A stretch of DNA of 64,000 bases from an uncultured Candidatus Saccharibacteria bacterium. Its GTDB lineage: Bacteria; Patescibacteriota; Minisyncoccia; Phycocordibacterales; JAKAEA01. The translations under genes were made by a program, and so were the position numbers. The stretch spans positions 4,382-68,381 of the forward strand of contig CAZHGQ010000003.1 of NCBI GenBank assembly GCA_964532205.1, in the 5' to 3' direction. The notes under the pieces were generated by a model. The model was not told the DNA's origin and made no database searches. It worked only from the letters and a program-made list of their open reading frames with translations. Shown here one piece after another: positions 32,201 through 38,288 of this stretch (its first letter is position 1; every line of letters starts with the position of its first letter).

Positions 32201-34482
32201 CGTTCAACCAGTCTGGGAATAATACAACCGGTCTTGGACTGGGGTCAGGCTCACTTATTCAGTGGTCAAGTACTGGTCAGTGGTGGGGCTCGAAAGACGC
32301 TGGACTCTCTCGAATATCAGCAGGAAAAATTGGAGTAGGAAATGGAACCGCTGCAGATGCTTCAGCAACCCTGATCGCAGGTACTATTGGTATCGGTACA
32401 ACATCACCTTCAACAACTAATAAACTGTCTGTAAATGGAAATGCTTATATAACTGGAACATTGACGGTTGGTACGACAACGGCCTTTCAACAAACAACAG
32501 GTGAAAGTATTCTTATTGGTGGCGCGGGAGGTATAGGCTCACACGCTGGTGCACTCAACCTGTCTTTGGGTAAGAGATCTGCATTAAATCTAAGTACTGG
32601 TGCGTACAACGTTTCAACAGGTTATGAAGCAGGTCAACTTATAACAACAGGTAGTTACAATGTTTCTATGGGCTTTTGTTCATCTACTGGTACAAGTACT
32701 AATTCGTCGGTGGCAATAGGTTACTGTGCGGGTACTGCAGGAGCAAATTCAATTGCCATTGGTAATTTTGCTGGTGGCGGTGTGATTACACATACAAATG
32801 CCACCGAAAACATATTCCTGGGTGCATTTGCCGGTTATATTGATGGTACTGGAAATCCAAACACAGAAAATGTTTCAGGCTCTGTGGCAATAGGTCGCTA
32901 CGCTATTGTTAATAAGTCTAATGCCATTGTGCTTGGATCGACTGGAACATATAAAGTAGATGTTGGTATTGGTACCTCAACACCGTGGGGTCAATTATCT
33001 ATTCATCCTCAAGTGCAAAATGGCACAGCGCCATCTTTTGTCATCGGCTCTACAACAACAAAATTCATTGTTGATAATGCGGGAAAAGTTGGTATTGGTA
33101 CAACAACCCCATGGAAAACTTTTTCATCATCTGGCACTGTAAGTCTTGCTGGTCTTACTACTGCTGCTTCTTCAGCAAACGCGCTTTGTCTTTCATCTAC
33201 TAATGAAGTCTTGGTAAACAGTGGCTCACAAACATGTACGGTGTCATCTGCTCGATTCAAGGATAATATTGTCTCAATTTCTTCTGGTCTCGATACGATT
33301 CTAAAATTAAATCCAGTTACATTTACATATAAGGACACCACAGATACTCGTATTGGTTTGATTGCTGAACAGGTACAAAATGTGGAACCACGCCTGGTAT
33401 TCAACGAAGCTGATGGTGTGACACCACGCGGTGTGCGATATGAAGATTTGGCAGCGTTAACAGTTTCGGCAGTTAAAAGTTTGTCTGACATTTTGGAACT
33501 GAGCACTGAGGGTGGTACAGGATTATATGTTTCAAAGCGTTTGAAATCAATTGAAGACCGACTAACTCTTTTGGAAGGTGAAGCTGGCGCAAGTGGTGCT
33601 ACACTCGGTGCTACTATTGTGGGTGGTCAGTTTGCAGTCGCCGATACTTCAATCGAAGGCGGTGATATTGTCGCGATTGATACGACACATTCATCAGCGG
33701 TGACAAAGGCTCAAGCTTATAGTGATGCCTTTGGTGTGGTGGCCTTCGACTCAACTATATTCACCTCAGCATCTTTGGACGCCACGACTACACGTTCAGT
33801 TGTTTCAACAGGACAGACTCCAGTAAAATTCTCTAATGCCAATGGTCCAATTCGGGCAGGTGACTATATTACTATGTCATCAACAACTCCAGGTGTAGCG
33901 GTCAAAGCAACTGAAACTGGCACAGTGATCGGTACGGCATTGGAAAACGCTACAGGTACATCAGGCCGCGTAATGGTGGCGGTAAAAGTTGGTTTCCAGC
34001 AAATTGAAGTTTCAAATGATCAGATAAATACCGATGAATTATCATTATTAGATAGCTTCAATGCTTTCATTAATGGTGCAAAGAAATGGATGTTTGGTTC
34101 TGTCTCAGTTGCCAATGGTTTCTTTAAAAATATCTTTGCCGAAAGAGTTCGTACAAAGACATTGTGTTTGGAAGATGTGTGTGTGGATAAGAATCAGTTA
34201 CAACAGTTGTTGCAGCAGGGTGGTGTTTCAAATGTAATGGGATCAACTGGTAATACAAGTGGTGGCACTGGTGGCACAAGTACAACAACCCCTCCAACAA
34301 GTGGTGGTACTGGTACAACAACACCGCCGGCAGATGGTGGTACAAGTACAATAATTCCACCAACAGGTGGCCAGGTAGAAATTACAAATAGTGATGGTGG
34401 TCCAACGACTTCACCGGCACCGACCGTGAGTGAAAATCCAAGTCCGGCACCAGCGCCTGTAGAAGCGCCTGTTGCTCAATAA
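20242..34482 (+). CDS. Giant (4746 aa) secreted tail-fiber-like repeat protein with a C-proximal intramolecular-chaperone (peptidase S74-like) domain, a coiled coil and a Pro/Thr/Gly-rich tail
   Basis: An AGGA RBS precedes the ATG and the ORF is uninterrupted for 14.2 kb. The signal peptide ends in SYAQA. There are about 30 repeats of the (V/I)GIGTTSPxxKL(S/H)V unit and 6 cassettes of SPWKxLSVSGDMVLTGGLFDSLSSAGSNG(M/Y)VLQSTGSATKWVATSTLG. The motif SSARFKDNI ... ILKLNPVTFTYK ... GLIAEQVQNVEPRLV ... RYEDLAALTVSAVKSL matches the endosialidase/tail-spike chaperone domain. Confidence 0.85.
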   Translation: MSVFLVKKSYSQKIAAILITSIFTQLISGFLAPSYAQAAINKQINYQGKLTNTSNVAVTDGSYNMRFKLYTSLTGGVAIWTEDNLVTNGQGVPVTNGLFSIMLGSTTALTGVDFNQTLYLGVTIGGTSGTPSWDSEMSPRKILGAVPAAMIADTLQGYNATQFIRSDAANSTSTSNTYLSIANTGAGKVAEFFGASSNSVLSILSGGNVGIGTTTPGSKLQIAADQAGLADRMQVTITGATNPLKGLTLGYDTTNNIGHIYSRIAGSGPSALSFNNGQLYVASGGNVSIGTTSPSTKLHVVGTSEQLRLGYDLTNYGSFTVASNGIMTIQPTSSLLLRAAGGNSVQLGIASTNYFSLSSLYATFSTVSVGIGSTTPAALLSVAGNTYLTGGLGVGTLNTSAGTLVTSGGATIGGYTSISINADATSANQQVLTVANNFTGQNVAYNFALDSSKRLHLNGQSGGSAFMFDSSGGVNRFIIQNNGYVGIGNSGPGYPLDIGIGADATAKTADFRTLNISNTATSSSSFTKSGIQISSTGSWTGSNIGLYISSVTGGTNNYDAIFNGGGNVGIGTTSPATTLSVTGSGYFTGGLGVGVLNTTTGTLQTASTATFGGRVIINTTLTDADSGSPAIDVNGALLRIGDGAGGQVFANGVGIKFHDGGVSHASIKYISGSNNAERIDFCGSSSSANLACSSVPILSISNLNSAGGGKISVGTTSVSTRFSVAVTDDTVGIQQINNAGNTTFRIRNAGTQARGELYLDDNGSNKIFFTANGSSYFNGGSLGIGTTSPWKALSVSGDMVLTGGLFDSLSSAGSNGMVLQSTGSATKWVATSTLGFASATQIGSGLQGQIPFYNANGSNLTATSSLFIAQSSFVGIGTTSPASLLALEGTGQYLFDAKTTTSGFNGHVRVESGGNGTYYTTASAVLTLSNYTDTLKYRQYVTNGSNFVLENPYGGAVLANGGSSNNYTSIGTSTISATTARLWVVGIGNTATTPVFQTSGVNGTVNFTVQGDGTVGIGTTSPYAKLSIENSNAGATVGEVIHLTTGHTGSTVLELRTAGTDSGRNLLTGFRSSTVKTVQIDAMGGITQYDASSNIRTSLNGGEIGVNYFLDKVGIGTTSPTHKLLVSSTSHNDIFALERISATQGNRFDFRITADPNGANNLAARSLTIMANTSAADIALLADPAVTSPQFVLKASGNVGIGTTTPGAKLSIAGSAGGTTPLFAISTSTSGFATNTAFYVNSNGYVGINATNLSDIFTVGGTISNFSIGTNGGVKIGFLSQLVNANSQRFTNFAGSAAAPALSANDSGNNTGIFFNTSSDTIGFSINGSEAGRFDSTGYFGIGTTSPFSTLSVTGNAYIAGNLTATGTLAITSSATFAGGTIVLNADGSASFANGGVVLNTDGTIQGSNLDLGDVGSMITAAGAQFAYGTDPTTLDYGIKLLDTGAIYVSNQIEFNESAGYTYIRASGSSVSNTDILTLGTGHGGLNISDGDLNTEYFSVLGSGKSNPGFIGIGTTTPWKKLSISGDMVLTGGLFDSLSSAGSNGMVLQSTGSATRWVATSTLGLNASLVGTTGQVAYFDGTNSTVGTSSIYIGTSGRVAIGTTTLTATGLTVVGTVGTVFGTYSTANVPIITISNGNSEATPVASINGTNSGVTLYSNSATAMSFNVGSAASTAGWVFTNMQHALVNRSVTSITNNGYIGIGTTTPYARLAISGNSAYTYTPTLFAISSSTAAFATTTHFVVNADGKVGIGNDAPFYALDARSAVSGGTMLVWSRASGSTNNSGILISAADNSVTTNNYHKGGIFFQGDNTGFGRGSLYLVNNGTGDSSVATVADAKLTINSSGYVGIGTTTPATRLQIGDLNGQYVQEDNSDAGFTIGYNSAARIQLARNASSIFGAAYAAVNGDAGIKIGRNGAYSYIVGGSNLLLNPVAGNVGIGTTSPFAQLSIGGAVGGTANLFAISTSSAAYATSTVFVINSAGNVTLPVSTQTFGIGGGTLTQGSQSNSLKINNRAEIGGSLAIGTTLNSDYMVNILNANSGNKVALRIMGISGTADGDFIKIYSQNGYTAGKNVFNVDNRGNLIIGAYDAIDDHSTVRKALVDLRPILSSDVGLTITATSTQNAPLFALLSSAGATTSVFTSAGWLGIGTTSPAAKIHLTTALSGVTPNADADEFFIENSGNTGLTIGSGVTGTGNIYFGDSGAATQGRITYNHTDDYLSTYVNNTEITRQTGTGVFNVLTKLTVGVGLGSGTGVTTMYVSNAALGDVIGITLKGYAGQTVNLQEWQNSSGTALAAVTANGSIVVGSNKIFLTASGDSFFDGGSVGVGTTTPGGKLHILGTTEQLRLGYDASNYFSTTLGSSGNVTWDAVGAGASFTLNDALTINANAGLSIKYAGVEVLKTTKGTVGSRSVGLFLDNKWDQSWTPMVVRGHAAQTADLLDFMDGSNNILTSITSAGWLGIGTSSPYQNLSVVGNSMVTGTSYFITSGTYLTNSGSGPQLMLDSARNAYVMAETSGSSLELNANGGITFKDSGTVGMRLGPTSGGISIGSGYASTDPGNGSLILSGSLGIGTTSPWKTLSVSGDMVLTGGLFDSLSSAGSNGYVLQSTGSATKWVATSTLGFASATQIGSGLQGQIPFYNANGTDLTATSSLFISQSGKIGIGTTSPTELLSLSGGNMNLQIHNTNATLNTSGWFLSEGRPGCFDGYFMIATSSACTATPAFSISNSGAVNFGLGVSVTDGQGFNSGSSGSLAFYKPFTGTTEGQLYFRGATSADAIFTVRGYYHNGSWNQQDIMTWRGGTAGARVGIASSTPWGMLSVNPNGISGPAFVVGSSTATNLIVTNGGKVGVGLTNPTSLLEVNGSFSAVTSNIGTAQGTVITANTNFRVYSSYEGTETANIAEYSGYFASAYSKRFEYNATGIGFYGATPIAKPSSTTDLRQALINLGLYTTGGATPLNLNGGTLLSGTAGVGTSTPWKTLSVSGDMVLTGGLFDSLSSAGSNGMVLQSTGSATKWVATSTLGLASTLVGTTGQVAYFNGTNSTIGTSSISIGTNGYVGVGTSTPLFKLHISDETSAPIVAIQGVFNSDAISPKLFLGENSNTGFGIQYLGSANRFDIFSMNNGAWAVNETPRLSIARDSGYVGIGTTSPGYMLSVTGSMSADNVIASYFTSTSTNATSTFKGNIIGGYTNNVYASNYSIAVGDASTGAGYTLAASGNGSAAFGRVVPVIGSGGVIRASGSGSFATGDIVSITGTPTILASGGGAVAHGHNEGSGAITASGSGSFAIGYLNTNSITASNTGSFAGGTGASGNVVSSGAGSFAWGTNITASNSYSIAFGSGYTNGTASTFQVGFSSTPTLTVNSTSVGIGTTTPWKNLSVTGDMVLTGRYYDSLSSAGSNGYVLQSTGSATKWVATSTLGFLSSSVVSGLGTNYIPKWNGSAFAESQFYDNGSSVGLQMTSPLHTLDIGYSGSYGGYMQGEAGILAMGESQMSLGAYDPFSSPVNLLTLNGTGLVSVVNADMELDAGRRMYYRGTDHNGSLYYAGEGPFAGALIFESYPSNNDGWLFKNQNGVSILTLSAGDTGQTLYTPANVGLGTTTPWKKLSISGDMVLTGGLFDSLSSAGSNGYVLQSTGSATKWVATSTLGITASLTGTTGQVAYFNGTNSAIGTSSLFLATSGNVGVGTTSPYATLSINKSSAANYDRVISANIAGKEVFGVGQYDASSNSAFYFGSSDGVSNPYVRLFAGPAGGGTLSFNAYFTYFNSSAGTQFTGGPAQWQETGTPTSAATQKSSNIIEFRSGVWNGSTNGNHIHQIYNAVSTTVNLQDRIAFNLNRANQMGGTSYEAMSIMYDGVASGRVGIGSTTPWAKLSVSAIAADGSAPLFAIGSSTATQFMIDNTGKVGIGTTSPYATLSLGAPAGSEMFAIGSSTTPFKIDKQGKVIIRALAATDGVGTNAPFQVQNEGGTVIAYIRQDGGMYSTFMSTADNATAAFNQSGNNTTGLGLGSGSLIQWSSTGQWWGSKDAGLSRISAGKIGVGNGTAADASATLIAGTIGIGTTSPSTTNKLSVNGNAYITGTLTVGTTTAFQQTTGESILIGGAGGIGSHAGALNLSLGKRSALNLSTGAYNVSTGYEAGQLITTGSYNVSMGFCSSTGTSTNSSVAIGYCAGTAGANSIAIGNFAGGGVITHTNATENIFLGAFAGYIDGTGNPNTENVSGSVAIGRYAIVNKSNAIVLGSTGTYKVDVGIGTSTPWGQLSIHPQVQNGTAPSFVIGSTTTKFIVDNAGKVGIGTTTPWKTFSSSGTVSLAGLTTAASSANALCLSSTNEVLVNSGSQTCTVSSARFKDNIVSISSGLDTILKLNPVTFTYKDTTDTRIGLIAEQVQNVEPRLVFNEADGVTPRGVRYEDLAALTVSAVKSLSDILELSTEGGTGLYVSKRLKSIEDRLTLLEGEAGASGATLGATIVGGQFAVADTSIEGGDIVAIDTTHSSAVTKAQAYSDAFGVVAFDSTIFTSASLDATTTRSVVSTGQTPVKFSNANGPIRAGDYITMSSTTPGVAVKATETGTVIGTALENATGTSGRVMVAVKVGFQQIEVSNDQINTDELSLLDSFNAFINGAKKWMFGSVSVANGFFKNIFAERVRTKTLCLEDVCVDKNQLQQLLQQGGVSNVMGSTGNTSGGTGGTSTTTPPTSGGTGTTTPPADGGTSTIIPPTGGQVEITNSDGGPTTSPAPTVSENPSPAPAPVEAPVAQ
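22596..22810 (+). repeat. Intragenic cassette copy 1 (SPWKALSVSGDMVLTGG ... KWVATSTLGFASATQIGSGLQGQIPFYNANG)
   Basis: About 90 percent nucleotide identity to 27959..28175, compared by eye. Confidence 0.7.
24790..24940 (+). repeat. Intragenic cassette copy 2 (TPWKKLSISGDMVLTGG ... RWVATSTLG)
   Basis: Near-identical at nucleotide level to 31023..31170. Confidence 0.7.
27959..28175 (+). repeat. Intragenic cassette copy 3, including the FASATQIGSGLQGQIPFYNANG extension
   Basis: Nucleotide-level match to copy 1. Confidence 0.7.
29160..29300 (+). repeat. Intragenic cassette copy 4
   Basis: TPWKTLSVSGDMVLTGGLFDSLSSAGSNGMVLQSTGSATKWVATSTLG with near-identical DNA. Confidence 0.7.
30346..30490 (+). 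repeat. Intragenic cassette copy 5 (variant TGRYYDSLSS)
   Basis: Nucleotide-level match with small substitutions. Confidence 0.65.
31023..31170 (+). repeat. Intragenic cassette copy 6
   Basis: TPWKKLSISGDMVLTGGLFDSLSSAGSNGYVLQSTGSATKWVATSTLG. Confidence 0.7.
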
Positions 34483-34526
34483 TAATCCATATTGCTTTTT
34501 GAGTGTGGCTCACGTATCATCTAGCC

Positions 34527-35138
34527 ATGAAAAAACAACCCCTGATTAATGGCAGCGCAATTTTTACTAATAGTGTTAATACCGCCGCTCGCACTACTAC
34601 TGACTATGGCCTGGTAGCTGATTTTGCGGCTCATTGTCGGGGTTTGGGTTTAAAAATTGTTTTAACACAAGGTACATTTGATCTGATCCACATTGGACAT
34701 GCGCGTTATATGGAGGAGGCAAAACGACATGGTGACCTTTTGATTGTAGGTGTTGACAGTGATGCTAAGGTGCGGGCCAGAAAAGGTCCGGATCGTCCTG
34801 TTGTGCCGCAAAGTGAACGTATCGAAATGCTTACGCATTTGCGCTCGGTCGACCTCGTAGTTTTGAAAGAACTTAATGCCCCAAAGTGGGCTTTGATTAA
34901 AGCGGTGCGACCCGATGTTCTTATTGCTACCAAAGAAACGTATAATGCAGCGGAGATTAAGGCATTGGAAAAAATTTGTGGCAAAGTGGTTGTGTTAAAC
35001 CCAATGGCCACAACCTCAACAAGTGCAAAAATTCGCCTGTTGCAAATCAATACGGCTAAAAAACTCGAAAAAGCTTTAACGCCACGCCTCATTCAAGCTA
35101 TTGAAGAAACGTTGCGTGGGGTAAAGGGGGATAAATAA
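34527..35138 (+). CDS. Cytidylyl-/adenylyltransferase-like nucleotidyltransferase (HldE domain II / TagD-like)
   Basis: GTFDLIHIGHARYMEEAKRHGDLLIVGVDSDAKVRARKGPDRPV is the (H/T)xGH nucleotidyltransferase motif. The ATG at 34527 is preferred over the GTG at 34503. Confidence 0.6.
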   Translation: MKKQPLINGSAIFTNSVNTAARTTTDYGLVADFAAHCRGLGLKIVLTQGTFDLIHIGHARYMEEAKRHGDLLIVGVDSDAKVRARKGPDRPVVPQSERIEMLTHLRSVDLVVLKELNAPKWALIKAVRPDVLIATKETYNAAEIKALEKICGKVVVLNPMATTSTSAKIRLLQINTAKKLEKALTPRLIQAIEETLRGVKGDK

Positions 35139-35971
35139 TGAAAAAAACTATTATTGCCTACATACCGGTTGTGCATGAAGGCTACCGGACTTTTTTGCAG
35201 AAGCATTCTGATGCGGATACACTTTATATTCTAGGCAAAGATATAATCACTGAATTCAAATCTTTGACCAAGAACATCAACGCTTTAGAGCCGCGACTCA
35301 TTAAAAAATCTCTCGAGGTTTTAGTGGATATTCCCGTTATCGAAATTTTATCTAAGAATGATTTAAAAAAAATCTCAAGACAAAAAGGTTTTCTTGTAAT
35401 GCCGAAAGAGAATGTGTCCATGGAGCTCAAAGAAAAATATTTTAAGACACGGCAGATAATATTTGATTCAATTTTTTTGCGTTGGGATAAACACAAATCT
35501 GTTGGTGAAAATCCAGTTACCGCTGATGGTAAAATCAGCCGCTCATCATTTGATAAGAAAATCATGAATATAGCTTTTAGAACAGCTGAGCAGAGTTCTG
35601 ATTTTTGGCGGCATGTTGGTGCGGTAATTGTGAAAAATGGCCGAGTGGTGATTGCTACGCACAATAAACATGTACCTTCGGAACAGGCGCCGTATGTAAA
35701 CGGCGATCCACGTAATAATTTTAGTAAGGGTGAATATATAGAGTTATCGACAGCAATTCATGGTGAGGCGGGCGCTATAGCTCAAGCTGCTCAACGGGGC
35801 ATCTCACTTAAGGGTGCTTCTATATATGTGACCACATTTCCGTGTCCGCCATGTGCTAAACTCATTGCCTATTCGGGAATTAAAAAACTCTATTATAGCA
35901 GCGGGTATAGCGTTTTGGATGGACAGGATATCCTTAAAAGTCAGGGTGTGGAAATTATCTTTGTTGAGTAA
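35138..35971 (+). CDS. dCMP/cytidine deaminase family protein with an unrecognised ~165-aa N-terminal domain
   Basis: The C-terminal half contains HGEAGAI (the HxE zinc motif) and TFPCPPCAKLI (PCxxC). The start overlaps the upstream stop as TAATG. Confidence 0.7.
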   Translation: MKKTIIAYIPVVHEGYRTFLQKHSDADTLYILGKDIITEFKSLTKNINALEPRLIKKSLEVLVDIPVIEILSKNDLKKISRQKGFLVMPKENVSMELKEKYFKTRQIIFDSIFLRWDKHKSVGENPVTADGKISRSSFDKKIMNIAFRTAEQSSDFWRHVGAVIVKNGRVVIATHNKHVPSEQAPYVNGDPRNNFSKGEYIELSTAIHGEAGAIAQAAQRGISLKGASIYVTTFPCPPCAKLIAYSGIKKLYYSSGYSVLDGQDILKSQGVEIIFVE

Positions 35972-36469
35972 CTACTTTTTTGAGTGGCCAATTTTAAAGC
36001 GAACCGGTTCATAGTCTGTGGCCTCAATATCAGGTTGAATAAATTGGGCGTGGATGTGAGCAACTGTGCCTGCGGAATAATCTAAATCTCCAAAACGCAT
36101 GGCAAAAGCTCCACCCGGAACACTGAATCTTTTTTGTGACCATTTAAAGAGTTGCAAGAGCTCGGCGCCGGCTTCATCGGGTAATTCTTCAAGACTCTCA
36201 GCGTGAAATTTGCAGATTGCCACGAGGTGCACTTTGGTGTGCTCATATGGCCACTGGTTTGTGGTGAGTAGCCACTGTGATGTTTCTTTAAGTATGGGCA
36301 GTTTGTGGTACTTGGTGAGGTTTTCTGGGCAGAAAGGGCAGTGGGCAGCATCAGCAATAGTTTCCATAACTTGACGCTGGTGTTCGACGCGGACATTTTT
36401 GAGGGCAATAAATTTCTTAGGTTTTTCTTTCATATTCTTCAAATGTGTAGTCGTATTGGTTTTTTTCAT
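35972..36469 (-). CDS. HIT-family hydrolase/nucleotidyltransferase-like protein; the start is uncertain (possibly the internal Met at 36433 or 36367)
   Basis: A HCPFCP motif and a histidine triad VAHIHAQFI. The 5' end overlaps the folA 3' end as annotated. Confidence 0.55.
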   Translation of the reverse strand: MKKTNTTTHLKNMKEKPKKFIALKNVRVEHQRQVMETIADAAHCPFCPENLTKYHKLPILKETSQWLLTTNQWPYEHTKVHLVAICKFHAESLEELPDEAGAELLQLFKWSQKRFSVPGGAFAMRFGDLDYSAGTVAHIHAQFIQPDIEATDYEPVRFKIGHSKK

Positions 36470-36911
36470 CAGCTATATGGTCTTCAAATGCAACTCTTTG
36501 CCATTCTGTGGCTTTGAGTTCGGGAAATGTAATATCACCCTCAATCATCGCGTGGACACGTGTTAGAAAAATTTTATTAGTAATAGGTAGAGTGGTGCGA
36601 TAGAGTTCACCCCCGCCGATAATAAAAATTGGTTTAGTGGCTTTGGCCAAGGCTTCATCTAATGATGTGGTTACCACAACGCCCTCTGGTGCATGCAGGT
36701 TGGGTTGACGTGTGATCACAATATTTTCCCGATCCGGGAGTGGTTGGCCGAGTTTTGAAATAATCGATTCATACGTTTTTCGGCCCATAAGCACTGAGTT
36801 TCCTTTTGTAATTACGGCAAAATGCTTAAGGTCAGCAGGTAAATACCATGGTATTTGTTGGTTACTGCCTATTACATCGTTTTCTGAAACTGCAACAATG
36901 ATTGAAATCAT
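36417..36911 (-). CDS. folA: Dihydrofolate reductase
   Basis: MISIIVAVSENDVIGSNQQIPWYLPADLKHFAVITKGNSVLMGRKTYESI is canonical DHFR. The start is 1 nt after the thyA stop. Confidence 0.85.
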   Translation of the reverse strand: MISIIVAVSENDVIGSNQQIPWYLPADLKHFAVITKGNSVLMGRKTYESIISKLGQPLPDRENIVITRQPNLHAPEGVVVTTSLDEALAKATKPIFIIGGGELYRTTLPITNKIFLTRVHAMIEGDITFPELKATEWQRVAFEDHIADEKNQYDYTFEEYERKT

Positions 36912-36912
36912 A

Positions 36913-37842
36913 TTAGATAGCGACTGGAATACCTTTGATGCCGGGGTGAGGGTTATAATCGGTGAGTGCAAAGTCTTCGTGACGGAATGTAAATAAGTCT
37001 GTTTTGTCTGTGTTTAATGAGACAGTGGCAAGCGGACGCGGTTCACGCGCGAGCATTGTTTCAACGGCTGGCACCTGATCAACAAAAATATGGGCGTCAG
37101 AAAAACTATGTATAAATTCGTAGGGGATTGTGCCGGTTGTTTTGGCTAACATAAGAGTTAGGGCTCCGTATTGAACCATGTTGGAAGGGACGCCGACGGG
37201 CACGTCCGCAGAACGTTGGAACATGTGCAATGTCAGTTTATTGTCGATGATGCGAATGTGTACCCAGCCATGACACGGCGCCACAACTACTTTTTGTTGT
37301 TTGCCTTTGCCTCGGCCAATATACTGTGGTATCCAGGGTGTGACAAAGTGGGTGCGGAGCTGCGGTTCTTCTTTGATTTGTTCAACGATATGCTTAAATT
37401 GATTGAACAAACTGCCATCAATAGTTGGAAAGTCGTGGAACGCTGCGCCATAGGAACCTGGTCCAAGATCGCCAGGCTCAAGACCACGTTTTTTGCATTT
37501 CTCAGGAGTACCCCAAGCACTCCACCAATAACAGCCAAAACTTTCAAGTTGTTCTAGTGTGCGAGCTCCATTTATAAATCCACAAATTTCGCCAATAGCC
37601 TGTTTCCAAATGGTTACTGGTAGACGCTCAGAAACAGCCGGATTCATATTGCGTTCATTAATAATAGGGAAACCATTTTCCAATTTAAAATGCATCGGAT
37701 TTGGACCCATGAGGGTGAGGGCGTCTGTACCTTGCTGGCTTGGTGTACGCACACCTTTTTCTAAAATATCCCGTAATAGCCGCTGATATTGACTATCAAC
37801 AATCCGTTCGTTTAGAGGTTTATACATACGCCTATTGTACAA
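36913..37842 (-). CDS. thyA: Thymidylate synthase (ThyA type)
   Basis: LAPCHGWVHIRII ... HMFQRSADVPVGVPSNMVQYGALTLMLA with conserved catalytic Cys and DVPxGxPFN-like motifs. Confidence 0.9.
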   Translation of the reverse strand: MYNRRMYKPLNERIVDSQYQRLLRDILEKGVRTPSQQGTDALTLMGPNPMHFKLENGFPIINERNMNPAVSERLPVTIWKQAIGEICGFINGARTLEQLESFGCYWWSAWGTPEKCKKRGLEPGDLGPGSYGAAFHDFPTIDGSLFNQFKHIVEQIKEEPQLRTHFVTPWIPQYIGRGKGKQQKVVVAPCHGWVHIRIIDNKLTLHMFQRSADVPVGVPSNMVQYGALTLMLAKTTGTIPYEFIHSFSDAHIFVDQVPAVETMLAREPRPLATVSLNTDKTDLFTFRHEDFALTDYNPHPGIKGIPVAI

Positions 37843-37946
37843 ATATTAAAAAGGACCTGCCAGTTGCCATCTTTATTACTGTATGTTCTCACAGAAAACA
37901 TTATCTGATTTTGATCAATATTTTAACTTTATTTTGGCAGCGTATA

Positions 37947-38207
37947 ATGATGAAATATAAACCCAAAAAGATGACTGTTGACGAATTAGTCACAATCACT
38001 CTCAACGCTTTTAATCAGCTTCAGAAAGATATGCAGAATGGTTTTGCTGAGGTTCGAGTTGAAATACAAGAAGCTACTCAAAGGTTGGATGAAAAGTTGA
38101 GTCGAAAGATTGATGAGCTTAAGGCGATTGTAACGGTGAACCACGAAAATCGGATTTCTATACTTGAAGATGATGTTCGGCAGATTAAAACAAAGCGCGA
38201 AAAATAA
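37947..38207 (+). CDS. Small coiled-coil hypothetical protein
   Basis: MMKYKPKK ... QLQKDMQNGFAEVRVEIQEATQRLDEKL. A TATAAT hexamer directly abuts the ATG, so the mRNA may be leaderless. Confidence 0.3.
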   Translation: MMKYKPKKMTVDELVTITLNAFNQLQKDMQNGFAEVRVEIQEATQRLDEKLSRKIDELKAIVTVNHENRISILEDDVRQIKTKREK

Positions 38208-38288
38208 GTCGTATTTTTAATATTAGTCAATGTGCGAGTGGGTAGTGGGGTATGGTAAACTGACATCAACTATTAATCACACACACCC

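Noticed and set aside
22230-34363. Numerous 60-165-aa antisense or out-of-frame ORFs inside the giant gene (e.g. 33009..33506 -, 26889..27263 -, 31740..32132 -)
   Set aside because: They lie entirely within a strongly coding 14-kb ORF and have repetitive Pro/Val-rich translations typical of antisense readings of Gly/Thr-rich repeats. They are spurious.
20242-34482. CRISPR array or diversity-generating retroelement (DGR) explaining the internal repeats of the giant gene
   Set aside because: The repeats are in-frame coding cassettes of 150-220 bp with no regular short spacers. No reverse transcriptase or template/variable repeat pair with adenine-specific mismatches is present in the window.
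36417-36469. 53-nt same-strand overlap between the folA 3' end and the annotated start of the HIT-family gene
   Set aside because: This is most likely an over-extended 5' end in the ORF track. Internal Met codons at 36433 or 36367 give a conventional short overlap or gap, so it is not evidence of a frameshift or fusion.
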